From a virus, in IMG/VR virus record IMGVR_UViG_3300027714_000004, positions 64,001 to 128,000 of that record: a stretch of 64,000 nucleotides of DNA. One strand, 5' to 3'. Shown here piece by piece: positions 1-8,654 of the stretch. How positions within the stretch are numbered: position 1 is the first letter of the stretch; each line of letters begins with the position of its first letter. The notes beneath the pieces were generated by a model that saw only the letters and a program-made list of their open reading frames with translations, did not search any database and was not told the origin of the DNA. Made by a program: the position numbers and the translations under genes.

Positions 1-795
1 TCAGGGGTGCGTAATTCGCATCTACTTGCAATAGCACCTAACGCATCGTCGGGAGTCATTTTATCAACGTCACCATCGATCGAACCACTGAAGGCTTGTG
101 CATACACGCACAGAACTCGTGCTGGTTCTTTCCTAGTGAAGAACGTCTATCTGACCAAACTCCTACGGGATAAGGGTCATGATAACGCGTCCACGTGGAC
201 TAGTATTATCACCAAGAAGGGGTCGGTGCAACACCTACCCTTCCTGAACGAAGGTGAGAAGGCAATATACAAGACCGCGGCGGAACTAGACCAGAATTGG
301 GTGGTGACTCATGCAGCCGACAGACAACCATTTATCTGTCAGGGGCAGTCCGTTAATCTATTCTTCCCATCGGGTACACCTAAGAGTTATGTTAATAAGG
401 TGCACTTCAACGCATGGAAGAAAGGATTGAAGGGATTGTACTATCTACGTACAGAAGCAAGTTCCCGTGCAGAGACCGTGTCAGACAAAGTAGAACGTGT
501 TGCGTTACAAGAAGACAACCGTACTATAGTCTATGGAAAGGACAACTGTCCGTTCTGTAAAATGGCAGTAGAGGAACTTACGATACGCGGGATAGTATTC
601 GATTACATTGATCTTGCGGAGATTAAGAAAACTGCCGCAGAGGTTACGGGTCGATCTGTAACGTCAGTTCCTCAGATCTACTATGAGGGAAGATATATCG
701 GAGGTTACGAAGATCTCATGATACATCTCAAGGGTGGTGCCGACTATGAGTTGGTGCAAGGGAACGACGATGAGTGCAGGGCCTGTGAAGGGTAA
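1..795 (+). CDS. nrdA: Ribonucleotide reductase class Ia alpha subunit, C-terminal part (5' truncated by window), with fused glutaredoxin domain
   Basis: AIAPNASS, SIEP, QGQSVNLF and KGLYYLRT motifs; Grx domain CPFC...VPQIY...IGGYEDL; terminal CRACEG; frame is open to base 1. Confidence 0.95.
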   Translation, partial: SGVRNSHLLAIAPNASSGVILSTSPSIEPLKACAYTHRTRAGSFLVKNVYLTKLLRDKGHDNASTWTSIITKKGSVQHLPFLNEGEKAIYKTAAELDQNWVVTHAADRQPFICQGQSVNLFFPSGTPKSYVNKVHFNAWKKGLKGLYYLRTEASSRAETVSDKVERVALQEDNRTIVYGKDNCPFCKMAVEELTIRGIVFDYIDLAEIKKTAAEVTGRSVTSVPQIYYEGRYIGGYEDLMIHLKGGADYELVQGNDDECRACEG

Positions 796-853
796 TCCAA
801 CAGATTAATTTTCGGGGGTCAATGCACCCCCTTACTATATTACAAGGACACAT

Positions 854-1828
854 ATGTCATTATTAAAAACTTCAGAAACATACAAACCTTTCCTATACCC
901 ATGGGCGGTAGATCTGACAAAGAAGCACGAAGAGATCCACTGGGTCGAAGATGAAGCGGAATTGTCCGAAGACGTACAGGATTGGAAGACCAAACTCTCT
1001 GATAAAGAAAAAGTGTTTATCACTCATGTGCTACGATTGTTTACTCAGTCTGACGTACAGGTAGGTGAGAATTACCATGAGCTTCTAATACCTAAGTTTA
1101 AGAATAATGAAGTTCGTAACATGTTAGCATCCTTTGCTAATCGTGAGGGAGTACACCAACGTGCGTACGCCCTGTTGAACGACACCCTAGGGTTACCCGA
1201 CGAAGACTTCCACGCATTCCTAGAGTACAAAGAGATGGCGGATAAGATCTCCTTTATGAAAGAGGGTAACAGTTCTAGTCATATGGGTCTCGCACTATCT
1301 CTAGCACAATCTGTGTTCAACGAAGGTATGTCTGTATTTGCATCATTCGTTATGTTACTTAACTTCCAACGTTTTGGAAAGATGAAGGGTATGGCAACAA
1401 TCGTCGAGTGGTCAATCCGCGACGAGACTCTTCATGTACAAGGTAACGCGAAACTATTCCGTGAGTTCTGCGAAGAGCATCCACGGGTCGTTAACGACGA
1501 ACTGAAGTCTAAGATCTACCAGATGGCTGAGAATGCTGTTGCACTAGAAGACAAGTTCATTCAACTTGCATTTAAAGGGAATGAGGTACAGGGTCTAACT
1601 AAGAAAGAAGTCCGCGACTATATTCGTCATATTGCGGATCGTCGTCTACTTCAGTTAGGTATGAAACCTTCATTCAAACAAAAAACAAATCCTCTACCTT
1701 GGTTGGACTGGGTACTGAACGGAGCATCACACGACAACTTCTTTGAGAAACGTGTTACAGAATATTCCGCGAATGGTATGGAAGGTGAAGACTTCGGTTG
1801 GGATGAACTGGAACAAGAGGAATCGTAA
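854..1828 (+). CDS. nrdB: Ribonucleotide reductase class Ia beta subunit
   Basis: Di-iron motifs EGVHQRAY, EG..FASF, RDETLH; NFFEKRVTEY tail; follows nrdA. Confidence 0.96.
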   Translation: MSLLKTSETYKPFLYPWAVDLTKKHEEIHWVEDEAELSEDVQDWKTKLSDKEKVFITHVLRLFTQSDVQVGENYHELLIPKFKNNEVRNMLASFANREGVHQRAYALLNDTLGLPDEDFHAFLEYKEMADKISFMKEGNSSSHMGLALSLAQSVFNEGMSVFASFVMLLNFQRFGKMKGMATIVEWSIRDETLHVQGNAKLFREFCEEHPRVVNDELKSKIYQMAENAVALEDKFIQLAFKGNEVQGLTKKEVRDYIRHIADRRLLQLGMKPSFKQKTNPLPWLDWVLNGASHDNFFEKRVTEYSANGMEGEDFGWDELEQEES

Positions 1829-1965
1829 TGGAAATCGAGTATACTATTGACTGTCCCATATGTGATATTCAAACGATTGTTCGGGTACCATACGAAGATG
1901 ACATCCCACGTCACTGTCCTATGTGTAGTTCGGACATTGAAGCTGAGTCATCCGAAGAAGAGTGA
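1828..1965 (+). CDS. Small zinc-ribbon protein (45 aa, CPIC...CPMC), not in the ORF track
   Basis: ATG overlaps the nrdB stop (TAATG); MEIEYTIDCPICDIQ...RHCPMCSSD. Confidence 0.75.
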   Translation: MEIEYTIDCPICDIQTIVRVPYEDDIPRHCPMCSSDIEAESSEEE

Positions 1966-1989
1966 GTTATCCTACCTATAAGTAGGTGT

Positions 1990-2406
1990 ATGAACTGGAC
2001 ATTTGAAAATACCCCCTTTGACCCTGAAGAGTCTTTCCTCGAAGACTTTCAGGGTTTCGTTTATCTGATTACTGAGCTCAACACGGGCAAGAAGTACATC
2101 GGAAAGAAATTCTTTTGGAAACCTAAAACACTGCCAGTGACGAAGACACGAAAGCGTAAAGTAAAGACGCGAGTAGTGTCGGACTGGAAGAAGTACTATG
2201 GATCTAGCCTAGAACTGAAGACGTTAGTAAAAGAGAATGGTGGGGACAACTACAAACGAGAAGTACTCAAACTGTGTCGCACCAAAGGAGAATGTTCCTA
2301 TTATGAGGCGAAACTACAGTTTGAGTTTGATGTTCTACTCAGAGATGATTTCTACAACGCGTTCATTGGATGCAAGATCCACGCGAAGCATCTCCCTAAA
2401 GATTAG
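1990..2406 (+). CDS. GIY-YIG family nuclease (Seg-like)
   Basis: GFVYLITELNTGKKYIGKK motif. Confidence 0.85.
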   Translation: MNWTFENTPFDPEESFLEDFQGFVYLITELNTGKKYIGKKFFWKPKTLPVTKTRKRKVKTRVVSDWKKYYGSSLELKTLVKENGGDNYKREVLKLCRTKGECSYYEAKLQFEFDVLLRDDFYNAFIGCKIHAKHLPKD

Positions 2407-2720
2407 ACATCCGCAGTAAAGACCTCGTCGAATCCAACTGGCGCAACTTCATAAGTCGAATTTCCGAGAATCATCATATCGCCCATTGACGTTGAACGTA
2501 GTCCGTACGTCTGGCCATCGATCTCTGGCAACGAAGTTAGCACAGTAACGTTTACCGAAGAATCCGGATTACCTTTACGACTCCACGAACCCTTCAGGTT
2601 TTGTGTGCGCAAGTATGCATAGGACAATGCCTCCTCACCAGTACGCTTGCCTACATTAACATCAGCAACCATCTTAGGGAATTTCTCGAACGCTTGGTGT
2701 ATCACGGTAACCTTATTCAT
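2403..2720 (-). CDS. Hypothetical early protein
   Basis: 105-aa ORF coupled to the upstream ORF, downstream of a minus-strand early promoter. Confidence 0.7.
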   Translation of the reverse strand: MNKVTVIHQAFEKFPKMVADVNVGKRTGEEALSYAYLRTQNLKGSWSRKGNPDSSVNVTVLTSLPEIDGQTYGLRSTSMGDMMILGNSTYEVAPVGFDEVFTADV

Positions 2721-2857
2721 TATTGAAACCCTCCTAGGGCAGTAATTTCCTTAATAAGTGCAGAGTACTGTCTATTGTACTCCGCTTCACTGTAAATCTC
2801 TGATGCCTCAATCAGCATCGCAAGGTCGTTCATTAGGTTAGAAATATAATCAGTCAT
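2720..2857 (-). CDS. Hypothetical early protein (45 aa, start refined to ATG 2857)
   Basis: ATG directly after the cassette leader GAGAGAGAGAATTGTT. Confidence 0.65.
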   Translation of the reverse strand: MTDYISNLMNDLAMLIEASEIYSEAEYNRQYSALIKEITALGGFQ

Positions 2858-3069
2858 AACAATTCTCTCTCTCAACTCAATTTGTACAGCTATTATAGTC
2901 CTTTTGGGAACATATTGCAAGGCATATATCATCTTTCTTTAGAACCTTTTTGCATATAGGGGGTAGGTATATAACAAAATGGTCTATATGTTATGGAAAT
3001 AAGTGTTGACATTTGTTTCATAAACAAGTATAATAGCTACATAAAGTCGAGTTGAGAGAGAGAATTGTT
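2858..3069. promoter_or_regulatory. Divergent pair of sigma70-type early promoter cassettes
   Basis: Minus: TTGCAA(2915-2920)-17-TATAAT(2892-2897); plus: TTGACA(3006)-17-TATAAT(3029); both leaders end GAGTTGAGAGAGAGAATTGTTATG. Confidence 0.9.
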
Positions 3070-3216
3070 ATGATTAAATATGTATTGAGAAACGTTGTTA
3101 ATGACCAGTTAATTAACTGTAAGATGTTTGACACTGCTGTCGATGCCATGTGGTATCGTCATACTTATCTTGAACGTGATACTGCTTGGGTTGACCATGT
3201 GGAGATTGAGAAATAA
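3070..3216 (+). CDS. Hypothetical early protein (48 aa), not in the ORF track
   Basis: ATG at the end of the promoter cassette leader; MIKYVLRNVVNDQ... Confidence 0.65.
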   Translation: MIKYVLRNVVNDQLINCKMFDTAVDAMWYRHTYLERDTAWVDHVEIEK

Positions 3217-3221
3217 AAGCC

Positions 3222-3280
3222 TTGCTTTTTGTGAAACCCTGTGGTATAATAGCTATACAAATTGAGTTGAGAGAAAAATT
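3222..3280 (+). promoter_or_regulatory. Early promoter cassette
   Basis: TTGCTT-17-TATAAT-AGCTATAC...GAGAGA-ATG. Confidence 0.85.
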
Positions 3281-3784
3281 ATGAAAATTGTTATCCAGAC
3301 ACAACTACGCGAGAACTATGGTGCCCATACGTGGGACGGTGAAGGTAGATGTCCTCAACACTGGAAGTGTAAGGGTGGTAACACCTACTTCGTCGACTGC
3401 ACCTTAGAAGAGGCGCAAGACCCAGGCTACTGGTGTGAGTTAGCGTCTCTCATTAATGTACGTGACGAGTACTCTGATGAGTACATAATTAGTGACGCGT
3501 TAGTGGATGCGATTGATTTCGATCCATCTAACTACCTCGAACATTGGGAGAACCCAATCTATTTGGAGAGAACCAATGGGGTTAATTGGGACGCTCAACA
3601 GATTTCTGAGTACAGTGAATACTTCCCTGCTCATGGGATTCTGAAACAGAAAGTGACTTCTTGGATGATGTTCCCAAATGGGATTATAGAACACCACTCA
3701 GTTCTAGTCGAGACATGTGAGGGTGACTGGATGAACTGGAAAGACGCAAACGAATATTACTCTAAAATGAAAGGAAATGTATAA
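3281..3784 (+). CDS. Conserved phage hypothetical protein
   Basis: 167-aa ORF, ENYGAHxWDGEGxCPQxWKxKGG N-terminus; cassette-driven. Confidence 0.8.
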   Translation: MKIVIQTQLRENYGAHTWDGEGRCPQHWKCKGGNTYFVDCTLEEAQDPGYWCELASLINVRDEYSDEYIISDALVDAIDFDPSNYLEHWENPIYLERTNGVNWDAQQISEYSEYFPAHGILKQKVTSWMMFPNGIIEHHSVLVETCEGDWMNWKDANEYYSKMKGNV

Positions 3785-4008
3785 TGAATAAGAATGGTAT
3801 GGCATATTGCGATTACATCGCACACACAATTATTAGACCAGCAATGTTAGAAGACGGATACAATGAGTGTGGGGGTGTTATCAGAGAGGTAGGTCACGTG
3901 AAGATGGATCTGGAGCCTATAGATGGGTATATGTTATCCACCGACAAGACTTTGGACGTGATAGATATGAACGGTAAGAAGTATCGAATCACGGTTGAGG
4001 AAATTTAA
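3784..4008 (+). CDS. Hypothetical protein
   Basis: 74-aa ORF, TAATG coupling. Confidence 0.7.
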   Translation: MNKNGMAYCDYIAHTIIRPAMLEDGYNECGGVIREVGHVKMDLEPIDGYMLSTDKTLDVIDMNGKKYRITVEEI

Positions 4009-4011
4009 TTA

Positions 4012-4096
4012 ACTTATTTTGAAAATAAGTGTTGACAAACGTTTCGATAAGATGTATAATAGCTACATAAACTGATAATGAGAGAGAGATTTGACT
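4012..4096 (+). promoter_or_regulatory. Early promoter cassette with upstream palindrome
   Basis: ACTTATTTT-G-AAAATAAGT, then TTGACA(4032)-17-TATAAT(4055)-AGCTAC. Confidence 0.9.
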
Positions 4097-4369
4097 ATGG
4101 CTACTAACTACTTCGGTCTAAGAAAAAACCCTGAGTTCACCAACTTCCGCAACTACGTTCTGTCGTTCTATGCGTACGACGGTCTTTACCCTGTAGAAGG
4201 TCTCAGCGTTGAAGTCGTTGAACGTGCTATTGTTAAGTATATAGAAATCTGTTCTAGTCCTGCTCAACCAGAGTCTTGGGGTAATGGAGACTCTCTTGAC
4301 CGTGAGAGAGTCCGTGATCTGATTATCGACCCAACTTCTAGTAAACTTAAAGTCAAGGAGACTGTGTAA
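4097..4369 (+). CDS. Hypothetical early protein
   Basis: ORF after cassette; GDSLDRERVRD motif. Confidence 0.75.
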   Translation: MATNYFGLRKNPEFTNFRNYVLSFYAYDGLYPVEGLSVEVVERAIVKYIEICSSPAQPESWGNGDSLDRERVRDLIIDPTSSKLKVKETV

Positions 4370-4641
4370 TGAAAGCAATCACTTATATATCTGACCCAAG
4401 CCATTCGTACCTGAAGGTTGATGTACGCACTGTAGAGAACCTAGGGTTCATGAACAAGATCTCTGAGTATTCTTTCTTCAATGACAAGAGCATATGGTTA
4501 GAGTGCGACTGTGATGCGCAACTGTTCTTCGATGCGTTAGATGAACGCGGCCTCCCCGAACCAACTATCTACATGAAATCCATTAATAGTCAGGGACGGT
4601 TCCGATTGTACCCACGGTTCTCTGCGAAGGCGGCCGCATGA
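4369..4641 (+). CDS. Hypothetical protein (SDPxHxxLxV type)
   Basis: 90-aa ORF, RBS AAGGAG, TAATG coupling. Confidence 0.75.
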   Translation: MKAITYISDPSHSYLKVDVRTVENLGFMNKISEYSFFNDKSIWLECDCDAQLFFDALDERGLPEPTIYMKSINSQGRFRLYPRFSAKAAA

Positions 4642-4793
4642 ATATGGACGTAATGAATCTTGAATGGGTTGACAGTTTAGGGGAGAGACATATTGTGTGG
4701 AATGTCCAGAACCCCGAAAAGATGAAGCGAGACCTCATCGCCCTCAACGTTCCGGAAGATAAGATTGAAATCTACGAAAAGGACGTATCTTAA
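4638..4793 (+). CDS. Hypothetical protein (51 aa), not in the ORF track
   Basis: ATGA overlap with the previous stop; fills the gap up to the next promoter. Confidence 0.55.
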   Translation: MNMDVMNLEWVDSLGERHIVWNVQNPEKMKRDLIALNVPEDKIEIYEKDVS

Positions 4794-4801
4794 ATTAATT
4801 C

Positions 4802-4884
4802 ACTTATTTTCATAATAAGTCTTGACAAGTAATGAAAACAAGTGTATAATAGCTGTATAAATTAATCAAAAGAGAGAATATATT
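4802..4884 (+). promoter_or_regulatory. Early promoter cassette with upstream imperfect palindrome
   Basis: ACTTATT-TTCAT-AATAAGT, then TTGACA(4822)-17-TATAAT(4845)-AGCTGT. Confidence 0.9.
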
Positions 4885-5838
4885 ATGTCTATGAATGATG
4901 TGCTTCAAATCGAAACTTCCGCGACTGTTGGTAAATGCCCTTGGGGTATCGGTACCGAGGTCTCTAACGATCTAACTCCTATCCAGATGATGCAGAAAGC
5001 AGGCGTCGATTGGTCAGTTGAGAAGATCCCTACTTACGCTCGACACAACCTTGTTGAAGTACCTACAGGTATGGAAGCACTTGTGCGTTCTACTGACAGC
5101 AAGATCCTAACCCAAGTGGGTGGTAACTGGAACCCAGTTCAAAACGAAACCGCATTCGAATTCTTCAACGATTACTGCTCTGCCGGTGATATGGAAATGA
5201 GTTCTGCTGGATCTTTGAAAGATGGTAAGATGGTCTACGCAATGGCTAAGGTCAAAGAGTCATTCGACATCCTTGGTGGTGATCAGGTCGATTCATATCT
5301 TTTATTCTCTAACCCACATGAGTACGGTAAGTCAATCGATGTTCGGTTCACTCCGGTTCGTGTAACTTGTATGAACAGTCTGTCCCTTGCGCTGAGGACT
5401 GGTTCGGTTAACTCAACTAAGATCAACCACCGTAAGGCATTTGATGCGGAGCAGGTTAAGGTCACTATGGGTCTTGCCCACGAGAAGTTTGACCAATACA
5501 AAGAGATGGCAGAGTTGTTATCAAAACGACAGTTCACTGCTGATACTCTTATTCAGTACTACAACTCTCTCTTCCCCGCACAAGCTCCTGCGGAAGAAGT
5601 TAGACACTATAATGACCTCGCACCGAATGCCAAGAAGGCATACGAGTTGTTAGAGACTCAGCCAGGCGCTGAGTACGGTCGTGGAACATGGTGGCAGGCG
5701 TTTAACTCAGTTACGTATCTAACTGACCACCGATTAGGTCGTACCGCTGACAGTCGAATGACTTCTGCATGGTACGGTGCAAACCAAGTCAAGAAGAAGC
5801 GTGCAGCTGAACTTGCAGTAGAAATGGCGGTGGCATAA
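4885..5838 (+). CDS. DUF932 family phage/plasmid protein
   Basis: PWGIG, VQNETAFEFF, TPVRVTCMNSL and GTWWQAFNSVTYLTDH motifs. Confidence 0.85.
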   Translation: MSMNDVLQIETSATVGKCPWGIGTEVSNDLTPIQMMQKAGVDWSVEKIPTYARHNLVEVPTGMEALVRSTDSKILTQVGGNWNPVQNETAFEFFNDYCSAGDMEMSSAGSLKDGKMVYAMAKVKESFDILGGDQVDSYLLFSNPHEYGKSIDVRFTPVRVTCMNSLSLALRTGSVNSTKINHRKAFDAEQVKVTMGLAHEKFDQYKEMAELLSKRQFTADTLIQYYNSLFPAQAPAEEVRHYNDLAPNAKKAYELLETQPGAEYGRGTWWQAFNSVTYLTDHRLGRTADSRMTSAWYGANQVKKKRAAELAVEMAVA

Positions 5839-6110
5839 TGTATACTAGTAATCGAGAATATACCAATCGTTACGGGGACAAGTATGAGTTTGTCCCTTCC
5901 GAAGATGAACCTAAAAAGTATTACCTTGAAGGTGAACTGCAACATATGCGATGTGGTGGGAAGGAAGGTGTTGAAGGAATAGACATGACTGACTTGGGTA
6001 TGATAGACCCCAGTGGAGGCCCATACATAGATATTGGAACTATACTTGACGGTAAACCAATCACTCGACTTGGATTATATGCTGAAGTTGTAAGGGTGGA
6101 AACAGAATGA
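5838..6110 (+). CDS. Hypothetical protein
   Basis: 90-aa ORF; NRYGD and IDPSGGPYI motifs; coupled. Confidence 0.75.
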   Translation: MYTSNREYTNRYGDKYEFVPSEDEPKKYYLEGELQHMRCGGKEGVEGIDMTDLGMIDPSGGPYIDIGTILDGKPITRLGLYAEVVRVETE

Positions 6111-6496
6111 AAAAGACTAGATTTGACTTAGAAGATGAGATCATGGACTGCTGGGGAGTAGTCTCAGATTTGTCAACTGTAATGGAGTATTTGGATGACG
6201 ACTTCTTTGAAGGAATGTCCTCTGCTCAACAAGACAAGCTTCAGAACCTGTTGTTAGGTATGACAGAGATGTACGATGTCAAGTTCGCTAAGATGTTTAA
6301 TACCTTTGAAGGATGCATCGAGGAATTTGATGGCGAAGTGGCTCAGATACCTCTCGCTAAATCGTGGAAACTCTTTCCTGATGACGGTGATACCCCTCCG
6401 TGGAACTTAGAAGATGATGATTATGATTACGATCACGAGACTCGACTGAACGATGCAACTCCCAGTGAATGGGATAAGGCAACCGACCCGAAATAA
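6107..6496 (+). CDS. Hypothetical acidic protein
   Basis: 129-aa ORF, RFDLEDEIMDCW N-terminus; ATGA overlap. Confidence 0.75.
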   Translation: MKKTRFDLEDEIMDCWGVVSDLSTVMEYLDDDFFEGMSSAQQDKLQNLLLGMTEMYDVKFAKMFNTFEGCIEEFDGEVAQIPLAKSWKLFPDDGDTPPWNLEDDDYDYDHETRLNDATPSEWDKATDPK

Positions 6497-6506
6497 CGTC
6501 ATTAAC

Positions 6507-6541
6507 CTCTCCCTGAGTATAAATAGTTTTAAAAGGGAGAG
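6507..6541 (+). promoter_or_regulatory. T4 late promoter inside an RBS-sequestering hairpin
   Basis: CTCTCCCT...TATAAATA(6518-6525)...AGGGAGAG, then ATG 6546. Confidence 0.75.
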
Positions 6542-6545
6542 ACTT

Positions 6546-6803
6546 ATGAAAACATCTCATTCGGTTATGTTGTGCTTCGCACTTTGGGTTGGTGGTACAT
6601 CACTTTTAATTAATGAATATATACATGTAGGAAAAGAAAAAGATGAAGCACTTCAGATATTAGAGAATGAAGTGCTTCGCTTAAAAAACATTAATATAGT
6701 ATATGATAGCATTATGCAAGAGTTTGTTTGGAGATGCGGAAACAAAGAAGAGATTCGCATCTCTGGACTATCTTTCATGTGTTATAAAATTGATAAGGTA
6801 TAG
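6546..6803 (+). CDS. Small membrane-anchored protein
   Basis: N-terminal hydrophobic segment; RBS GGGAG. Confidence 0.6.
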   Translation: MKTSHSVMLCFALWVGGTSLLINEYIHVGKEKDEALQILENEVLRLKNINIVYDSIMQEFVWRCGNKEEIRISGLSFMCYKIDKV

Positions 6804-6805
6804 CA

Positions 6806-7240
6806 ATGATTACATTTCGTAAAGAAGTCTTTGAAGTTTTCGAGGAATATAAAGAAGCAAGTTCCAGAGAAACTCGATTAGATGTTTTGAAAAAATATTC
6901 AGATAACTGGGCATTCCTAGATATTCTCCGTGGATCTTTCGACGACTCACTAGAATTCAATGTACCGGCCGGTCGACCCCCGTTCACCCCGAACAAACCA
7001 GAATCCTCACCTTCTACCCTCTTGAAGCAACACAAGCAGTTTGTGAAGTTTATTAAGGGTACTAAATCCGGTGACAATACACCTACCTATCGTAGAGAGA
7101 ATCAATTCGTCCAGCTTCTAGAATCTATTCATCCAGAAGATGCCGAGTACGTTCTGAAGATGGTGGCAAAGAAACCACCATGTCGTTACATAACCAAGAA
7201 AATAGTACAGGAGGCATTTCCAAATTTAATACGCGAGTAA
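6806..7240 (+). CDS. Conserved T4-like phage hypothetical protein
   Basis: PxGxPPF and RENQFVQLLESIHPEDAE motifs; KIVQEAFP end. Confidence 0.8.
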   Translation: MITFRKEVFEVFEEYKEASSRETRLDVLKKYSDNWAFLDILRGSFDDSLEFNVPAGRPPFTPNKPESSPSTLLKQHKQFVKFIKGTKSGDNTPTYRRENQFVQLLESIHPEDAEYVLKMVAKKPPCRYITKKIVQEAFPNLIRE

Positions 7241-7274
7241 TCTTTTCGACTAACTAACTTCTGAGGAGAACCAT

Positions 7275-7370
7275 ATGTCGAGTGATGTACAACAGTTGAA
7301 CCAAGTAATAGTAACAAAAACCCAGTATTGTAATTTACTGGATACCTATACTCAACAACTTTCTCGTTAG
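7275..7370 (+). CDS. Possible 31-aa peptide
   Basis: Strong RBS GAGGAG before ATG; not in the ORF track. Confidence 0.45.
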   Translation: MSSDVQQLNQVIVTKTQYCNLLDTYTQQLSR

Positions 7371-7446
7371 GAGGTGATCATCTCTTCAGGAGCGTACAGT
7401 GAGTCTCCTGTCGTAGTGATTGAAAATAATTTGGAATGGATATATA

Positions 7447-7689
7447 ATGCCACAGTATGATTTTAGAAACAAGGAAACCGGAGAGGTCACGGAAGTGCTT
7501 CTCCGTATTTCTGAATACGACCAATACCTAAGTGACAACCCTGAGTGGGAACGTTACTTTGCCGCAGAATCCGCACCTAAGATAGTAGCGGGAGTCAAGT
7601 CCACTATGGCGATGGCGGGTAAAGGATGGGAAACACATCTTACCAATATCAAGAAAGGTTCTGGTAGGGATAATTCAATCAAGGTTTAA
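7447..7689 (+). CDS. FmdB-like regulatory protein (degenerate zinc ribbon)
   Basis: MPQYDFRNKETGEV N-terminus. Confidence 0.7.
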   Translation: MPQYDFRNKETGEVTEVLLRISEYDQYLSDNPEWERYFAAESAPKIVAGVKSTMAMAGKGWETHLTNIKKGSGRDNSIKV

Positions 7690-7694
7690 ATGAA

Positions 7695-7898
7695 ATGAAA
7701 TTCTTTAAGTGGTTAAAGTCCGGCCCAACGGGTGGTAGAAACATCGTAGACTCCTCGGGCCCTGATCCCGATGATCTTACGGTAGAGAATGCGTATAAAA
7801 CTAGGTGGGTATGGTATCACACTATACTCGCTCTCGAAATTTTAACGACCAACATCTTGTTGGCGTCTATCTTGGTGGTTCTTGCTATCAAGTTATAA
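7695..7898 (+). CDS. Small membrane protein
   Basis: C-terminal hydrophobic helix. Confidence 0.65.
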   Translation: MKFFKWLKSGPTGGRNIVDSSGPDPDDLTVENAYKTRWVWYHTILALEILTTNILLASILVVLAIKL

Positions 7899-7906
7899 GG
7901 TATATT

Positions 7907-8206
7907 ATGTTAATTAATGAATTGATTGAAAAGACTATAGAATGGCACCACGCTCGTAACCTAATCGACGGTGCGAACGATAAAGACCAATACATGAAAC
8001 TCATCCAAGAGTGCGGTGAGTTGTCCGACAACATCTGTAAGCAACAAGACATCCGAGACGACATTGGTGACATCATGGTCGTGTTGATTAATATTGCCGA
8101 GAGAAATGGAGTTACCCTTGAAGATTGTTTGGCCGTGGCGTACGACGACATTAAAGACCGTAAAGGAAAAATGGTCGATGGTGTCTTCATTAAAGAAGAG
8201 AAGTAA
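7907..8206 (+). CDS. MazG-like nucleotide pyrophosphohydrolase
   Basis: KLIQECGEL...DDIGDIMVVLINIA...AYDDIKDRKG. Confidence 0.85.
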   Translation: MLINELIEKTIEWHHARNLIDGANDKDQYMKLIQECGELSDNICKQQDIRDDIGDIMVVLINIAERNGVTLEDCLAVAYDDIKDRKGKMVDGVFIKEEK

Positions 8207-8210
8207 TACG

Positions 8211-8654
8211 ATGAACCGCGAAGCAGTATACAACCAACTCAAGATCGACGAAGGAGTGGTATATGAGATTTACCTCGACCACCTCAACTATCCAACGTTC
8301 GGAGTCGGTCACCTTATTAAGGAAAGTGACGGCGAGTTCGGAGCTAAGGTCGGAACAAAAATATCCCCCGAAAGAGTTAGCGAGGCATTCCAACAAGACC
8401 TCGACATCTCAATCAACGAATGTGTTGTACTATACGGAGAACGGTTCGATTGTTTCCCAGATGAGGTACAGCAAGTCTTGGTTAATATGATGTTTAACCT
8501 AGGTAGACCCCGACTGAGTAAGTTTAAGAACATGTATGCTGCGGTTCTCGAAGGAGACTGGAAGACTGCCGCTGTTGAAGGTCGCGATTCGAAATGGTAT
8601 CGTCAAGTAGGACTCAGGTCTGAACGATTAATGAGAAGGTTAGAGAATGTCTAA
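8211..8654 (+). CDS. Lysozyme/endolysin (T4 lysozyme-like, GH24)
   Basis: DEG...YLDHLNYPTFGVGH catalytic region; NMMFNLG; SKWYRQV. Confidence 0.9.
   Translation: MNREAVYNQLKIDEGVVYEIYLDHLNYPTFGVGHLIKESDGEFGAKVGTKISPERVSEAFQQDLDISINECVVLYGERFDCFPDEVQQVLVNMMFNLGRPRLSKFKNMYAAVLEGDWKTAAVEGRDSKWYRQVGLRSERLMRRLENV

Noticed and set aside
1990-2406. Intron-encoded homing endonuclease in nrdB
   Set aside because: nrdB is uninterrupted; the ORF is free-standing, short and has no obvious DNA-binding extension.
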